Positions 12,873 to 24,697 of a DNA stretch of 38,923 nucleotides are shown one piece after another. The DNA comes from Octopus sinensis (taxonomy: Eukaryota), in assembly GCF_006345805.1 (NCBI RefSeq), contig NW_021835771.1:1-38923 (forward strand), given 5' to 3'. Each line of letters begins with the position of its first letter. Within the stretch, counting starts at the first letter, position 1. Under the pieces are notes generated by a model, which was given only the letters and a program-made list of their open reading frames with translations, was not told the DNA's origin and did no database searches. Both the position numbers and the translations under genes were made by a program.

Positions 12873-12939
<67 letters not shown>

Positions 12940-12967
12940 TTTCTGTATATATATATATATATATATA

Positions 12968-13212
12968 CATGATAGATCGTTAGCTCCTACACGCATTTTT
13001 TTCTCTCCTTTTTTCTCTCATTGTTTCTCTCCTTTTTTCTCTCGTTGTTTCTCTCCTTGTTTTTTTTTTCTGTGTATCTTTCTGTCGAGGAGCGTAGGCT
13101 CGAAACGTAAAATACTTTTTCTATTTCTATTCCTGAGCGCTATGCTAATACATTTGTCTGTTTGTACCCCACCTGCCTTCGTCTTTTGTTTATTTTCGTA
13201 AACTTTCCCGTT
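12968..13212 (+). mobile_element. Family A (TA)n-associated short element with hammerhead-like motif
   Basis: Homologous over its length to 38445-38630; flanked by (TA)n. Confidence 0.75.
13078..13113 (+). ncRNA. Minimal type I hammerhead-like motif (family A)
   Basis: cttt-CTGTCGA-g-GAGCgtagGCTC-GAAA-C-GT-A-aaa. Helix II 4 bp, helix III is the ACGT palindrome; U at core position 6 and an extra base after A9. Confidence 0.45.
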
Positions 13213-13227
13213 ATATATATATATACA

Positions 13228-13821
13228 TGTATGTGTATACGTGTGTGTGTGTGTATATATAATGTGTGGATGTGTGGGTATGCGCATATGTATGTATGTA
13301 TTCCATTTGGATCAGGAGCTTGGAGTGTACTTTCCAAAGCCCGTCCATACACACACAGAGGTATGAGTGTATGTATATTATGTGTGTGTATGTGTGTGTG
13401 TGTGTATGTGTGTGTATGTGTATGTGTGTGTGTGTATGTGTGTGTGTGTGTGTGTGTATTTATATATATATAGCTATTTCACGTTCGTACGATAGATTAT
13501 ATATATATATGTTGGAGATAGGTTATTTTTTTCACCCCTTGATATAATTATGTATGTGTATACGTGTGTGTGTGTGTATATATATGTGTGGATGTGTGGG
13601 TATGCGCATATGTATGTATGTATTCCATTTGGATCAGGAGCTTGGAGTGTACTTTCCAAAGCCCGTCCATACACACACAGAGGTATGAGTGTATGTATAT
13701 TATGTGTGTGTATGTGTGTGTGTGTGTGTGTATTTATATATATATAACTATTTCACGTTCGTACGATAGATTATATATATATGTTGGAGATAGGTTATTC
13801 TTTTCACCCCTTGATATAATT
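13228..13821. repeat. Tandem duplication (period ~323 bp) inside the right palindrome arm
   Basis: The block gtatacgtgtg...catttggatcaggagcttggag...ttggagataggttatt...ccttgatata occurs twice here and once in the left arm. Confidence 0.9.
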
Positions 13822-13915
13822 ATATACATATATATATATAATTATTAATTTAATGTATAAATTACCTATAACTTTTTATTGCATGCTGACTACCTGATAT
13901 ATACATATATATATA

Positions 13916-15171
13916 TTAGGTTGTTTCACATGAAATGTAAAGGGAGGTAACAATGGTATGTTTCAGAAGTGTTAGAAAAGTAATTTATTTAATCAAGGTG
14001 TGATCCATGTTCATTATGACGTTTACCCAATGTTTCTCTATGTCATATTTTCAATCTTTAAAAATAATACTTTTTTGCTGTCATAAACTGTCCGAAAGCT
14101 TCAATTACTTCTTCTCTATCTAAGAATGTTTTGTTGCTTATGAAAAGCTCAAAATGCTTAAATAAGTGATGATCAGTAGGAGAGATATCATGGGAAAAGG
14201 GAGGCTGTTGCAAAATCTCATAATTCAGGCTTTGGAACTTTTGAACCGTAGCTTGATGTGTGTGAGGATGTGCATTGTCGTAAAGCAAAATTGAGTCGTC
14301 TATATCCACTAGTCTAGTTTGATTCATTTTCAAATTCTCATCCATACAATCCTTTTCCTGGCAATACGATTTTGATGTGACCGTTTTTCCATGTTGCAAA
14401 AATGAATAATGAATAACTCTCTCCGCAGGCCACCATACAGTGACCACTAACTTTTTAGGGTGCAATGGTGGGTTTGGGTAGTGTTTAGGTGACCCTCCTG
14501 CATCTAATCACTGTCCTGTTCTCCAGCTGTTGTCAAAGAATATCCATTTCTCCTCACAAGTAATAATTTGATACAAAAATGGTCTTTTTCCAATCGAGAA
14601 AGCAATAAGGATTACACTTCGAAGCGTCTGTTTTGTTTTTTGTTTTTTTTTTTTTTTTAATCTCGTTCAGTTGATGTGAATCAAACCTATCTGTTTTCTT
14701 GACTTATCCAATTGTTTACAGATGTCCAAAATCAGTTGTGAGAGGTGTTTGAAATTCTGATGAAAGTTTTTGAACCCTTGTTCGCGGATTTTGTCCAACC
14801 AAAGCATTTAATCCATCATCCCGAATAACTGCTTTTGGCCTACCCCTTGGCTTATTTTCAAGGCTATCATCGAGAGCTTTGGAAACATCTCTGAACAGTT
14901 CTGATGTCAACAAAACCATTACCAAAGGCCTGCATGATTTTCCGTAGAGCTTCTGCGGTAGAATGACCCAGTTTGTACTCATACGAGAAAATCACTCAAC
15001 ATAGTTTGGTTGTTATCATTTTCATAATGTCTGTGGATACGAATTTTAGATACCGATATTGCTGGGAAGGAAAAAGAGTCAAGATTAAATGCAAGGTATA
15101 CATAATTGAGTTTTTAAATGACTGAAATAACAAGTAATTAAAAATGCGACATTTCATGTGAAACAACTTAA
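13916..15171 (-). mobile_element. Full-length (1256 bp) decayed mariner DNA transposon
   Basis: 23-bp TIRs ttaggttgtttcacatgaaatgt (22/23 match) with TA on both sides; broken transposase on minus strand: YEYKLGHSTAEA...RGRP...QNPRT, HPKKLVVTVWW, LLYDNAHPH, QPPFSHDISPTDHHLF. Confidence 0.95.
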
Positions 15172-16427
15172 TATATATAGTCTTTATGAATATAGCATAA
15201 TTAACGCGTGTATGTAATAGAAAAGCCAAAGGTTGCAGTTTCCTTCCTGGAGAAATCCAGTTATAGACGTATAGAAAAAAGACGAGTACGTAATTTTGAA
15301 AGCCGTAGAAGGGCGAAAAACATATGTGCTACGCTTGTGGTTACTTCTGAGGCGATTTCATTACACATACCTCTGAAATATATTGTATTACAAAACAATA
15401 CACTTCTATTATTGCATAATTCTAATTCATATATATATATAACACAAACACTAACACGCATATGTATGTATATATTTATATATATTCCTATTTGACGTAC
15501 ATATGTGAGAAACATTTGAGAAACGCAGGTGAAAATATGTAAAGTAATATCAATAAAAAAAACAAAGAGAAGAGATATTTCATTAATTTTTGCAAATGGA
15601 TTGATGCACCTATATTTCGGAAAAAAATGTCCTTATCAAATGTGAGAAGAAACTAATCCCAAATTTAAGGGAAAACGATTTTCATCGGCAGAGCATTTTG
15701 CTGCGTTCCGTCGTATGCATTATTATGCGCGCGTGCGTGTAGGAAGATTTACATGCAGGTAGATAGCTAGATGTATACACGTAGATATATACAAATATGT
15801 ACATATACGAAAAATCGATATGGGTGCTTTAGGGACTTCAGTTCAATGTGACAGTGGACAAGTAGGAAAACTCATCGAATACTAAGTAGCCAACAGTTTA
15901 CTGGACTTCTTTAACAGCCGAGGCTACGTCTACATTGACCTTTACGAGCAAACGTTCTGCACCAGAATAAATAGGAATATTCAAATTATTAGCCATTGAT
16001 AATTACTGGTATTTAACATCTCGTTCATTGGGGAAGAAAAATTGAATTAGTTCCTTCAGTATTTGAAATGATTGCGTAAATAGATGAGAGAAATATATTA
16101 TTTCGTGTGAAGTTCTAACATATTATCCAATACGATTCCTTTCGTAAGAGCCAGTATTAGTGGTTTAAAACGTAAATCAATTTACATAAAAGTCATTTTC
16201 ATTCGGATGTTCCGTGAAACTGAGCAAAGACATATTTCTCTGTACTTTTACAATCACACGCTAAATTTCTAGACATTTAAAGCTTATATCTGTCTCTAAA
16301 ATGACGTTTGTGTTTAAACATAATACTCACACACGTACACGCATATGCACACACGTATGTTTATATATATATATATGTATGTTTGTGTCTGTGTTTGTAT
16401 GTATACATTCACACACACACGTATTTA

Positions 16428-16467
<40 letters not shown>

Positions 16468-16598
16468 ATTCATGATGTAACCATGCGTAATACATATATA
16501 TATATATATATACATACCTATAGATGCGAATACATTTAAATGAAATTTAGTATGTCATATTAAATACATACATATTTACATTCAGGTGACTATATATG

Positions 16599-16599
16599 C

Positions 16600-16630
<31 letters not shown>

Positions 16631-16820
16631 CCTCTTTCTCTCTCTCCCTCTTTCTCTCTCTCTCTCTCTAAATATATATATATATATATATGTGCGTGTG
16701 TGTTTATACATATATACATACATATATATGTATACATAAACACATGCATATATATATAACATCATCATCATTATTTGCTATTCAATATGCATCTCTGTGC
16801 AATTGCAGAAAGAATTTTTG

Positions 16821-16876
<56 letters not shown>

Positions 16877-16935
16877 GAGATAGATAGATAGATAGATACA
16901 TACATACATACATACATACATGCATACATACATGA
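16599..16935. repeat. (TC)n, (TA)n, (GATA)n and (CATA)n microsatellites
   Basis: Direct inspection. Confidence 0.92.
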
Positions 16936-19072
16936 ATACACACTAAACAATACATACATAAATACCTATATACGTACATTCATACACGCACATACCTCCA
17001 TACATACAACTACGTATGCCTCTGAGATAAAGACAGAGTGAATGAAAATATATGTAACTGTGAATTGATTACAGTTCCAGAACTTCGTACTATTTATATT
17101 TCTCGCAACAAGTTTCATTTCTCCATGCATCATGTAACTAACTCGACTGATTTTCTTTTCCAAAGTATTGACCACTTCCACACAAACTGCACCGCCATCT
17201 TGCAACACCAACACCACCTATACGCGACTACTTTTACTACTACTAAGCCACGAACAACATCATCAGGAAATTCCGCTACCGCTGCCATTTCGACAACCAC
17301 CTAACCGCTGCAGTTGTCGTCAAATCACCCGATGTTAAACTGGTTGAAGCCAAAGTGAATATCGTCTTTTGAACTCGATTGCAAAAATAGATTTTCTCAA
17401 AGAATTCTGACCTAAAATTATAATGAAATTAGCTGCAATTTTAGTAACAGACAGCAAAACAATAAGTTCAAAGAAATGTCTACATGACTCTTCTATAATA
17501 ATGCATTTGTTGAGTACAGTCTATAGAAAAATATGATTATTAATTCGATTAGAACAACTGTTAATGCGCCTCGGGTTATAGTTGTAGACTCTCTCCACAT
17601 TGCTGTGATTTAATAAATGAGAAAGAATACAACATCACGATATGGAATTGGCTGAAATATTAAGCCAATCAACTTAAAGACGGTTGAAAGAAAGCAAGGA
17701 AAAGCAAATCCAGGAGTAAACTAGAAATAAAGCAGTTTCTTTTTTTCTCTCTTCAAAAACATTATATCGAGTTCTTGGTCTTATTTGCGTTCGTTTTATG
17801 CTTTGATTTGTTTTTGGTTTTTTTTTTTTTTGTCCTTTTATTGTTGATTTCTTTAAATTTTTAAATAATGTTTCGTAAATGTGAATATGTCATTTAAAAT
17901 CTGTTTGAAGACCTAAATATGATATTCTTAAATTCAGATTTATATTATCAATGTCTGCAAGTTTAATGTTTGTTATACGGCATATTTTTCTCAGGGCGAC
18001 CGTTTGCACTGTCAGTACGGGCTATATCGCACAGCTATATTGATGACACCATTTTGCACACGTCTCTCATATTTACTCGCTTAGACCACCCACATAAAAC
18101 TTATACACTTCCGGGTAAATAAGTATGTGATCTATAAAGGAGGTGGACAGCAAAATAATAATTATTCTCTAATAGAAATTTAACAACTTAGTTGCAGTTT
18201 AGAGAGCCAAAACAAAATATAACATATTTCAAAAAAAAAAATTGCTATAACATAAATTTTATGCAATGTTAGTATATCGCTTTTGTACTCCATTTTCGCA
18301 CTCCATTTATATTTGTACTCCTTTTATATTTTAGTAACAAACAATGCATTTGTCATTACAAATATCACTTGCTCTCTCTGAATCATCACATGGTAAATAG
18401 ATCACATGTTTTGAATATTCAGCTACATCATACCCAATGAAGTTTGCATCGTGATTACTTGTAGTCAATCTTATATTCACTTATTAACATTTGTTTGATT
18501 TTATACACCACCGGCCTTTTTCTGAGTCTCTGCCACTTTTTCATAGTTACTGATACTTTAAATTATTTCATTTACGTTTACTGTCATCTATCTTTTTGTC
18601 TATATTTCACATTGATACTCCATACTAAGCAATTTTCTCAAAGACGTCTATCACAAAACTGATTTATCGCAAACTTATCTCTTCGTCCATGTAATTTCAT
18701 CACCTACTCATCTACAGCAACTCAAACGAAACACCAATTACTACATTCACTCAACATTTTTGTTCCTTCAGTTTAGTCGGGTGGAATTTAGAGGTTAATG
18801 TCTTCTCTACCATCTCACCTGTTAAAGGTCATTGTACATTTAAAAACAAAGGTAAGTAGTGTATTCAAAATTGGGTTAAGTGCAGAAAAATTAATGATGA
18901 GAAACGAACATTTTAATTCAATGTATTTTTGCCAACGTAGACTTGTGAGTTTTGAGGTCTTGCCAACGCAACTAAGATTCTCATTTCATTGTCATTTTGT
19001 TTAATTCTAACTTATGTGTTCATAGTTAATGTGTAGTGAATTATATATTCATAGTTAACTGTTCTTTCTCCA

Positions 19073-19279
19073 CATCACATTTATAACCTATACAGACATA
19101 TCCCAGGGTAAATGAGTATTTTTGCTATAAATAACTTTAACAAAATCTACTCTAATATCACATCCGTTTATAACCTATACAGACATATACATCACATTCA
19201 TTTATAACCTATATACACATATTCCAGGGTAAGTGAGTATTTTTGCTATAAATAACTTTAACAAAAACTACTCTAATAT
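19073..19279. repeat. Local tandem duplication of an ~85-bp unit (two full copies and one partial)
   Basis: tttataacctata...cagggtaa(a/g)tgagtatttttgctataaataactttaacaaaa..tactctaatat occurs twice. Confidence 0.88.
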
Positions 19280-19544
19280 GAGATTTCGCCAGACCGCATG
19301 GAGGTTGACCATATATTATTTATAGAAGTGTGAAGGGCATCGTTGAACCAATAATAAAGTCCTGAATCGCGAGACGGAGAGCTAGTTTCAATTGGTTGTG
19401 TGTTTAAGTTCAACCTATGATAACGTGACAGCGGAATCGATCTCAATTCCATGGTACACTTAGCCAATATCTTCTACAACGGTCTTAACTCAACGCGATT
19501 AGTGTAAGTATAAGTGGGTCTGTCTAACACTGCCTGGTTACTGG

Positions 19545-19705
19545 ATGCAGGCATGGTTGTGTGGTTAAGAAACTCGTTTAGAAACCAAGTAGAAACGCAG
19601 TTCCACTACGTGACATCTTGGGTAATTGTCGTCTGCTATACTCCGGGACTGATCAATGTCTTCTGAGTGAATTTGGTAGATGAAAAGGGTTAGGAAACCC
19701 GTCTT
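19545..19705 (+). mobile_element. Diverged 5' part of SINE family 2
   Basis: gcaggcatggttgtgtggttaagaa...gacatcttgggtaattgtcgtctgctata...gaatttggtagatg aligns with the 23091 copy. Confidence 0.65.
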
Positions 19706-19796
19706 ACATGTGTGTGGTGTGTGTGTGTGTGTAAAACTAGCGTTCTGTCGATTACGACGATTACGGAACAGCCTGCTCGAGAAATTAACGGGCAAG

Positions 19797-19856
<60 letters not shown>

Positions 19857-19857
19857 A

Positions 19858-19911
<54 letters not shown>

Positions 19912-20764
19912 GCATAATATATATTTACTAGCCTTGATATTAACTCTCACGCGACTCTGCATCTTCTTTCTTTCTCTCCCATTCCCTTTTTCGTCTTTTT
20001 TCCCTCACTTAACTTGTCTCTCCTCTCTCTCTCATTCTTCATTCTCTCTCTCCCTTTCACCATTCTTCATGGTCTCCTCGCACCATTCCCCTTCTTCTCT
20101 CTCTTCCTCTTGCTCCTCCTCCCCCCATTCCCGTCGTCCATCTGCGACGATACTTCCGTCGTAACTCTATCCTGTCTTTTCTCGCCGCCTTCTAAGGCTA
20201 CTGGTCGACACATTTTCTCTCTCTCGTCGTCCACGATAATCCAGCGTTTGCAATACTTTTTTCGTTTGGCGTTAACAGCCTTCTTATCTTGTTCTCCTTG
20301 TCCTGTCTCTCACTGTTATATTTTTATTTTTCCACTGTTTATATATATATTTTTACTGTTTATATGTTTGTACTGTCGTTACCGTCTTGCCTTTTTTTTT
20401 TTTTTTTTTAACCCCTCTGCGAAAAGATCTCAGAATTTTAATTGATTTGCTTTTCGCGGGAAGGAATTTTCTTCGAAGTATACGTCTCGCTTTTATCCTT
20501 CGAAACGTTTAGTAGATGAAACCTTAGCGACTGAAGAAGGGGATTTTTCGTTGAGCTTATTGTCCTGTATCTCTCTTTTTTTGCTTGTCTTGTTCCTTGG
20601 TTTGTGTCTATGTGTTTCGTCTCTCTATGTGTTCGCGTCTTTTTGGTGTCCTGTACACATATATGCGTGTATATGTACATGTAGAGGTAGGTACGTACAT
20701 ATATGGTTTATATATATGCATATGTTCTATTTTATTAACATATACATATACATATATATATATC

Positions 20765-20802
<38 letters not shown>

Positions 20803-20862
20803 ATAAATCTATATATATATACATATACATATATATATATATATCTATATATATATATATAT

Positions 20863-21321
20863 GTCACTGAAGCAACTGAGGGTCATATTCAGCACCAGTA
20901 TTGCTAGAAATAAGAGTCAAAGCAACTTAGAGCCACAATAATGCAGCGTCTTATTTACTGACAAGCCCACAGTCGCTTTAGTGATGTATATGTACTTTTG
21001 CCTTTCGGCTGAAAAATTGCTATAAGCCACACTTATTATTTATAATTTACATCTCTACCATTTATGAAATCAGCGTATGATTTCTACGGTGATCTTATAG
21101 GCTGACGAGGCTAGTTGAGTTTAACCCTAGGCGCCGGTGAGGGCCACTGACGGGCGTTAATGTAAACGCGAAATCACTGGTGGTCTGACTATGCCTGGTG
21201 CTTAGGGAGCTTGCCTCCCTTGTCAGTAAATAGGACGGTGCGTTATAGTAGCGATGAGTTGTTTTGACTATTATTTCTAGCAATACTGGTGCTGAACAGC
21301 GCCCTCGGCCACATTAGTGAC
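20863..21321 (+). mobile_element. Family B element copy 1: 459 bp, 103-bp imperfect inverted termini, hammerhead-like motif in the spacer
   Basis: Arms 20863-20965 and 21219-21321 align without gaps at 83/103 identity; flanked by (TA)n. Confidence 0.85.
21141..21196 (+). ncRNA. Type I hammerhead-ribozyme-like motif (family B)
   Basis: GGGCCA-CTGACGG-GCGTT(aatgta)AACGC-GAAA-TCAC(tg)GTGG-TC-TG(actat)GCCT. All three helices pair and the cleavage triplet is GUC; the only core deviation is A9->G. Confidence 0.55.
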
Positions 21322-21341
21322 GTATATATATATATATATAT

Positions 21342-21796
21342 GTCACTGAAGCAACTGAGGGTCATATTCAGCACCAGTATTGCTAGAAATAAGAGTCAAA
21401 GCAACTTAGAGCCACAATAATGCAGAGTCTATTTACTGACAAGCCCACAGTCGCTTAGTGATGTATATGTACTTTTGCCTTTCGGCTGAAAAATTGCTTA
21501 TAAGCCACACTTATTATTTATAATTTACATCTCTACCATTTATGAAATCAGGCGATGATTGCTACGGTGATCTTATAGGCTGACGAGGCTAGTGAGTTTA
21601 ACCCTAGGCGCCGGTGAGGGCCACTGACGGGCGTTAATGTAAACGCGAAATCATGGTGGTCTGACTATGCCTGGTGCTTAGGGAGCTTGCATCCCTTGTC
21701 AGTAAATAGGACGGTGCGTTATAGTAGCGATGAGTTGTTTTGACTATTATTTCTAGCAATACTGGTGCTGAACAGCGCCTCGGCCACATTAGTGAC
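21342..21796 (+). mobile_element. Family B element copy 2 (tandem, many 1-bp indels)
   Basis: Starts 479 bp after copy 1; differs from it mostly by small indels. Confidence 0.8.
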
Positions 21797-21823
21797 CGTA
21801 TATATATATATATTATATGTATG

Positions 21824-21921
<98 letters not shown>

Positions 21922-21927
21922 CATATA

Positions 21928-22355
21928 CACCAGTATGCTAGAAATAATAGTCAAAACAACTCATCGCTACTATAACGCACCGTCCTATTTACTGACAAGG
22001 GAGGCAAGCTCCCTAAGCACCAGGCATAGTCAGACCACCAGTGATTTCGCGTTTACATTAACGCCCGTCAGTGGCCCTCACCGGCGCCTAGGGTTAAACT
22101 CAACTAGCCTCGTCAGCTTATAAGATCACCGTAGAAATCATACGCTGATTTCATAAATGGTAAAGATGTAAATTATAAATAATAAGTGTGGCTTATAACA
22201 ATTTTTCAGCCGAAAGGCAAAAGTATATATACATCACTAAAGCGACTGTGGGCTTGTCAGTAAATAAGACGCTGCATTATTGTGGCTCTAAGTTGCTTTG
22301 ACTCTTATTTCTAGCAATACTGGTGCTGAATATGACCCTCAGTTGCTTCAGTGAC
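21928..22355 (-). mobile_element. Family B element copy 3 (inverted, ~30 bp missing at its 3' end)
   Basis: Reverse complement of copy 1 with about 4 substitutions; hammerhead-like motif at 22022-22077. Confidence 0.85.
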
Positions 22356-22599
22356 ATATATTTTTGCCTTTCGGTTGAAAAACTGCTAACAAACCACTCT
22401 TATCATACATACATACAGACACACAAACACACACACACACACACATATATATACATATATATATATATATAGATATGATGCATATTCATGATGCATATTC
22501 TGTTGTGTCTGGGGAGAGGTACTAAAAGAGAATGACTCTTCTCCAGACACAATAGTATATATATATATATGAGTGCTTGTATGTGTGTGTGTGTGTATG

Positions 22600-22649
<50 letters not shown>

Positions 22650-22729
22650 TATATATATAATATCAAGAGAAGAGAGATACATACATACATATATATAATG
22701 TACGAGCGCACTTTGTATACGTATGTGTT

Positions 22730-22950
22730 TTTGTGTTCGTTTTTGTCACCCTACCACCTGGCAACCACTGTTTGTTTGTTTACATCCCCATAACTTAGCA
22801 TTAGCGGTTCAGCTTGATAGAGGATAGAAGAATTGCCAGATTATCAAAATAATCAAAGCACGTACTGAGTTCCATTTGTTTCGACCAAAACCATTCAAGG
22901 CGGCGCCTCAGTATGGCTATAAACCAATGACCGAAACATGTAAAAGATGA
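22730..22950 (+). mobile_element. Diverged 3' part of SINE family 2
   Basis: gtttgtttacatccccataacttagc...gcggttcagc...tcaaggcggcgcctcagtatggc...aatgaccgaaacatgtaaaagat. Confidence 0.65.
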
Positions 22951-23090
22951 AAGATTGTGTAAATTCCGTACCTTGCTTAACAGCAGAAGTTAAATTTCGG
23001 GCACCTTTAGCAAGCCGCAACACCCAATTATATGAATATAGCCCTGATGCAAAAACTGTATGTGAATCTGGAGAGTTTAATAGGTAACTA

Positions 23091-23465
23091 GGCGCAGGCG
23101 TGGCTGTGTGGTAAGTAGCTTGCTTACCAACCACATGGTTCCGGGTTCATTCCCACTGCGTGGCACCTTGGGCAAGTGTCTTCTACTATAGCCTCGGGCC
23201 GACCAAAGCCTTGTGAATGGATTTGGTAGACGGAAACTGAAAGAAGCCCGTCGTATATATATATTTGGTGTGTGTGTGTGTGTGTGCGTTTTTGTGTCTG
23301 TGTTTGTCCCCCCCCCCCCAGCATCGCTTGACAACAAATGGCAAAAAGGACCGATAAAATAAGTACTAGGCTTCCAAAGAATAAGCCCTGGGGTCGATTT
23401 GCTCAACTAAAAGGCAGTGCTCCAGCATGGTCGGAGTCAAATGACTGAAACGAGTAAAAGAGTAA
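23091..23465 (+). mobile_element. SINE family 2 (tRNA head, CORE-like domain, internal (TA)/(TG) microsatellite), full length
   Basis: ggcgcaggcgtggctgtgtggtaag (A box), ggttccgggttcattccc (B box), gcaccttgggcaagtgtctt (CORE-like), tail aatgactgaaacgagtaaaagag. Confidence 0.88.
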
Positions 23466-23612
23466 TGAGTAAGAGTAATTGATTACTCTGTGTATTTGAA
23501 TCAGGACGACAGAAACATTTCGTAAGTGGTGTCTGAATTATCACCAGAGTTACGATACACTCTGGTGGGGTCCGCATTATATTAGGCTACAAGTGTGTTA
23601 GAAATGTTAGAT

Positions 23613-23813
23613 CAGTGCTTTTCAAACGTTTTGCTGGAGCGGAACCCCAAGAAAACATTCCAATGGCTCGAGGAACCCCTGTGCAATAATTTGATAGTCT
23701 TATGCACACATATCTGCACAGGAGAATTAAAAATTACTGCCGATTTTAGCAGATTTGTAACTTCTTGCGGAACCCCTGCATTGTACTGGCGGAACCCTGG
23801 TTGAAAACCACTG
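23613..23813. mobile_element. 201-bp hAT (Buster/Charlie-like) MITE
   Basis: TIRs cagtgcttttcaaac / ggttgaaaaccactg (13/15) and a perfect 8-bp TSD tgttagat (23605-23612 and 23814-23821) with central TA. Confidence 0.92.
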
Positions 23814-23889
23814 TGTTAGATAGTGAAAAGAACGGTACTTGGGAAAAGTCTAGATCCTTAGAGTCCAGTGTGGAGGGGAATATTTCTTT

Positions 23890-24165
23890 ATTCTTTTATT
23901 TCTTTTACTTGTTTCAATCCTGAGACAGCTTCTATGCTGGGACACCACCTTGAAGGGTCTTAGCTGAACAAATCCTCACTAGTACCTATTTTTTAAGCCT
24001 AGTATTCATTATATTCGTCTATCCCAGCACTTATCATCGCTCTCTCTACGGTGACGTAAGCACACCGAAGAAGACACGTACCAATGATGCCACGCAGTCG
24101 GGCTGAACCCGGAAACATGTGGTTGGGAAGCAAGCTTCTAACCACGCAACTATGCCTGTCTATAC
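23890..24165 (-). mobile_element. Degenerate, internally deleted SINE family 2 copy
   Basis: tcttttacttgtttca tail and tgccacgcagtcgggctgaacccggaaacatgtggttgggaagcaagctt head, both in minus orientation. Confidence 0.65.
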
Positions 24166-24697
24166 CTGGCTTTTATTACCTAAAAAACAATTCGATATTT
24201 TAAAGGAACTTGAATAAATTGCAATGATATTCATGCCTTTTCCAAGAGAATTTCATGATGCAAGATAAGTGAAATGACTAATCACGAAAGGAAACTCTGT
24301 AACGATTTTGTCTTATTCGTTGGAGCTTTATGTTTTGCTTTACAGCTACAGATATACAATACACTGATGTATAATGTTTGTATATCATCATTAGCTTCGA
24401 AATATTTTAGAAGCTGCTTTCGTCAGACATTTAAACGTGAACAACGCGTCAAAAGGTGGGCGGAGATTTGAAATAAGATATTGGTACAGCCTAAAGAATG
24501 TGAATTCATAAGTAATGAATGTACATTTACTAGCATTTTATCCGTAACTGTGATACGGTTTAAGAATACAGATATGCTGTGAGGAAACCGTGTTGTCTTT
24601 AGATTATAACTATTTCTTAATTTGGCACAATGCTAGAAATTTATACGGTAGTGACTGAATTGATGTTGCTAAGTAAACATTATTGATGTGTTATTTA

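Larger units (their letters stand above)
12168..14014. repeat. ~1.85-kb inverted duplication (palindrome) centred on a (TA)n tract
   Basis: Left arm ~12168-12870 is the near-identical reverse complement of the right arm ~12968-14014; the right arm is longer because of an internal tandem duplication. Confidence 0.92.

Noticed and set aside
17038-17304. Thr/His-rich ORF
   Set aside because: Degenerate ACC/ACT low-complexity tract without supporting exon structure.
20495-20544. Permuted (type II) hammerhead: atccttcGAAACGTT...CTGAAGAaggggat
   Set aside because: Helix II has a mismatch at its base and helix I does not pair convincingly.
21095-21140. Second CTGACGA core in the family B element
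   Set aside because: No helix II closed by GAAA follows it directly.
20863-21796. CRISPR-like or coding interpretation of the 479-bp tandem repeat
   Set aside because: Eukaryotic context, no short repeat-spacer structure, and the 62-aa ORF has no recognisable features.
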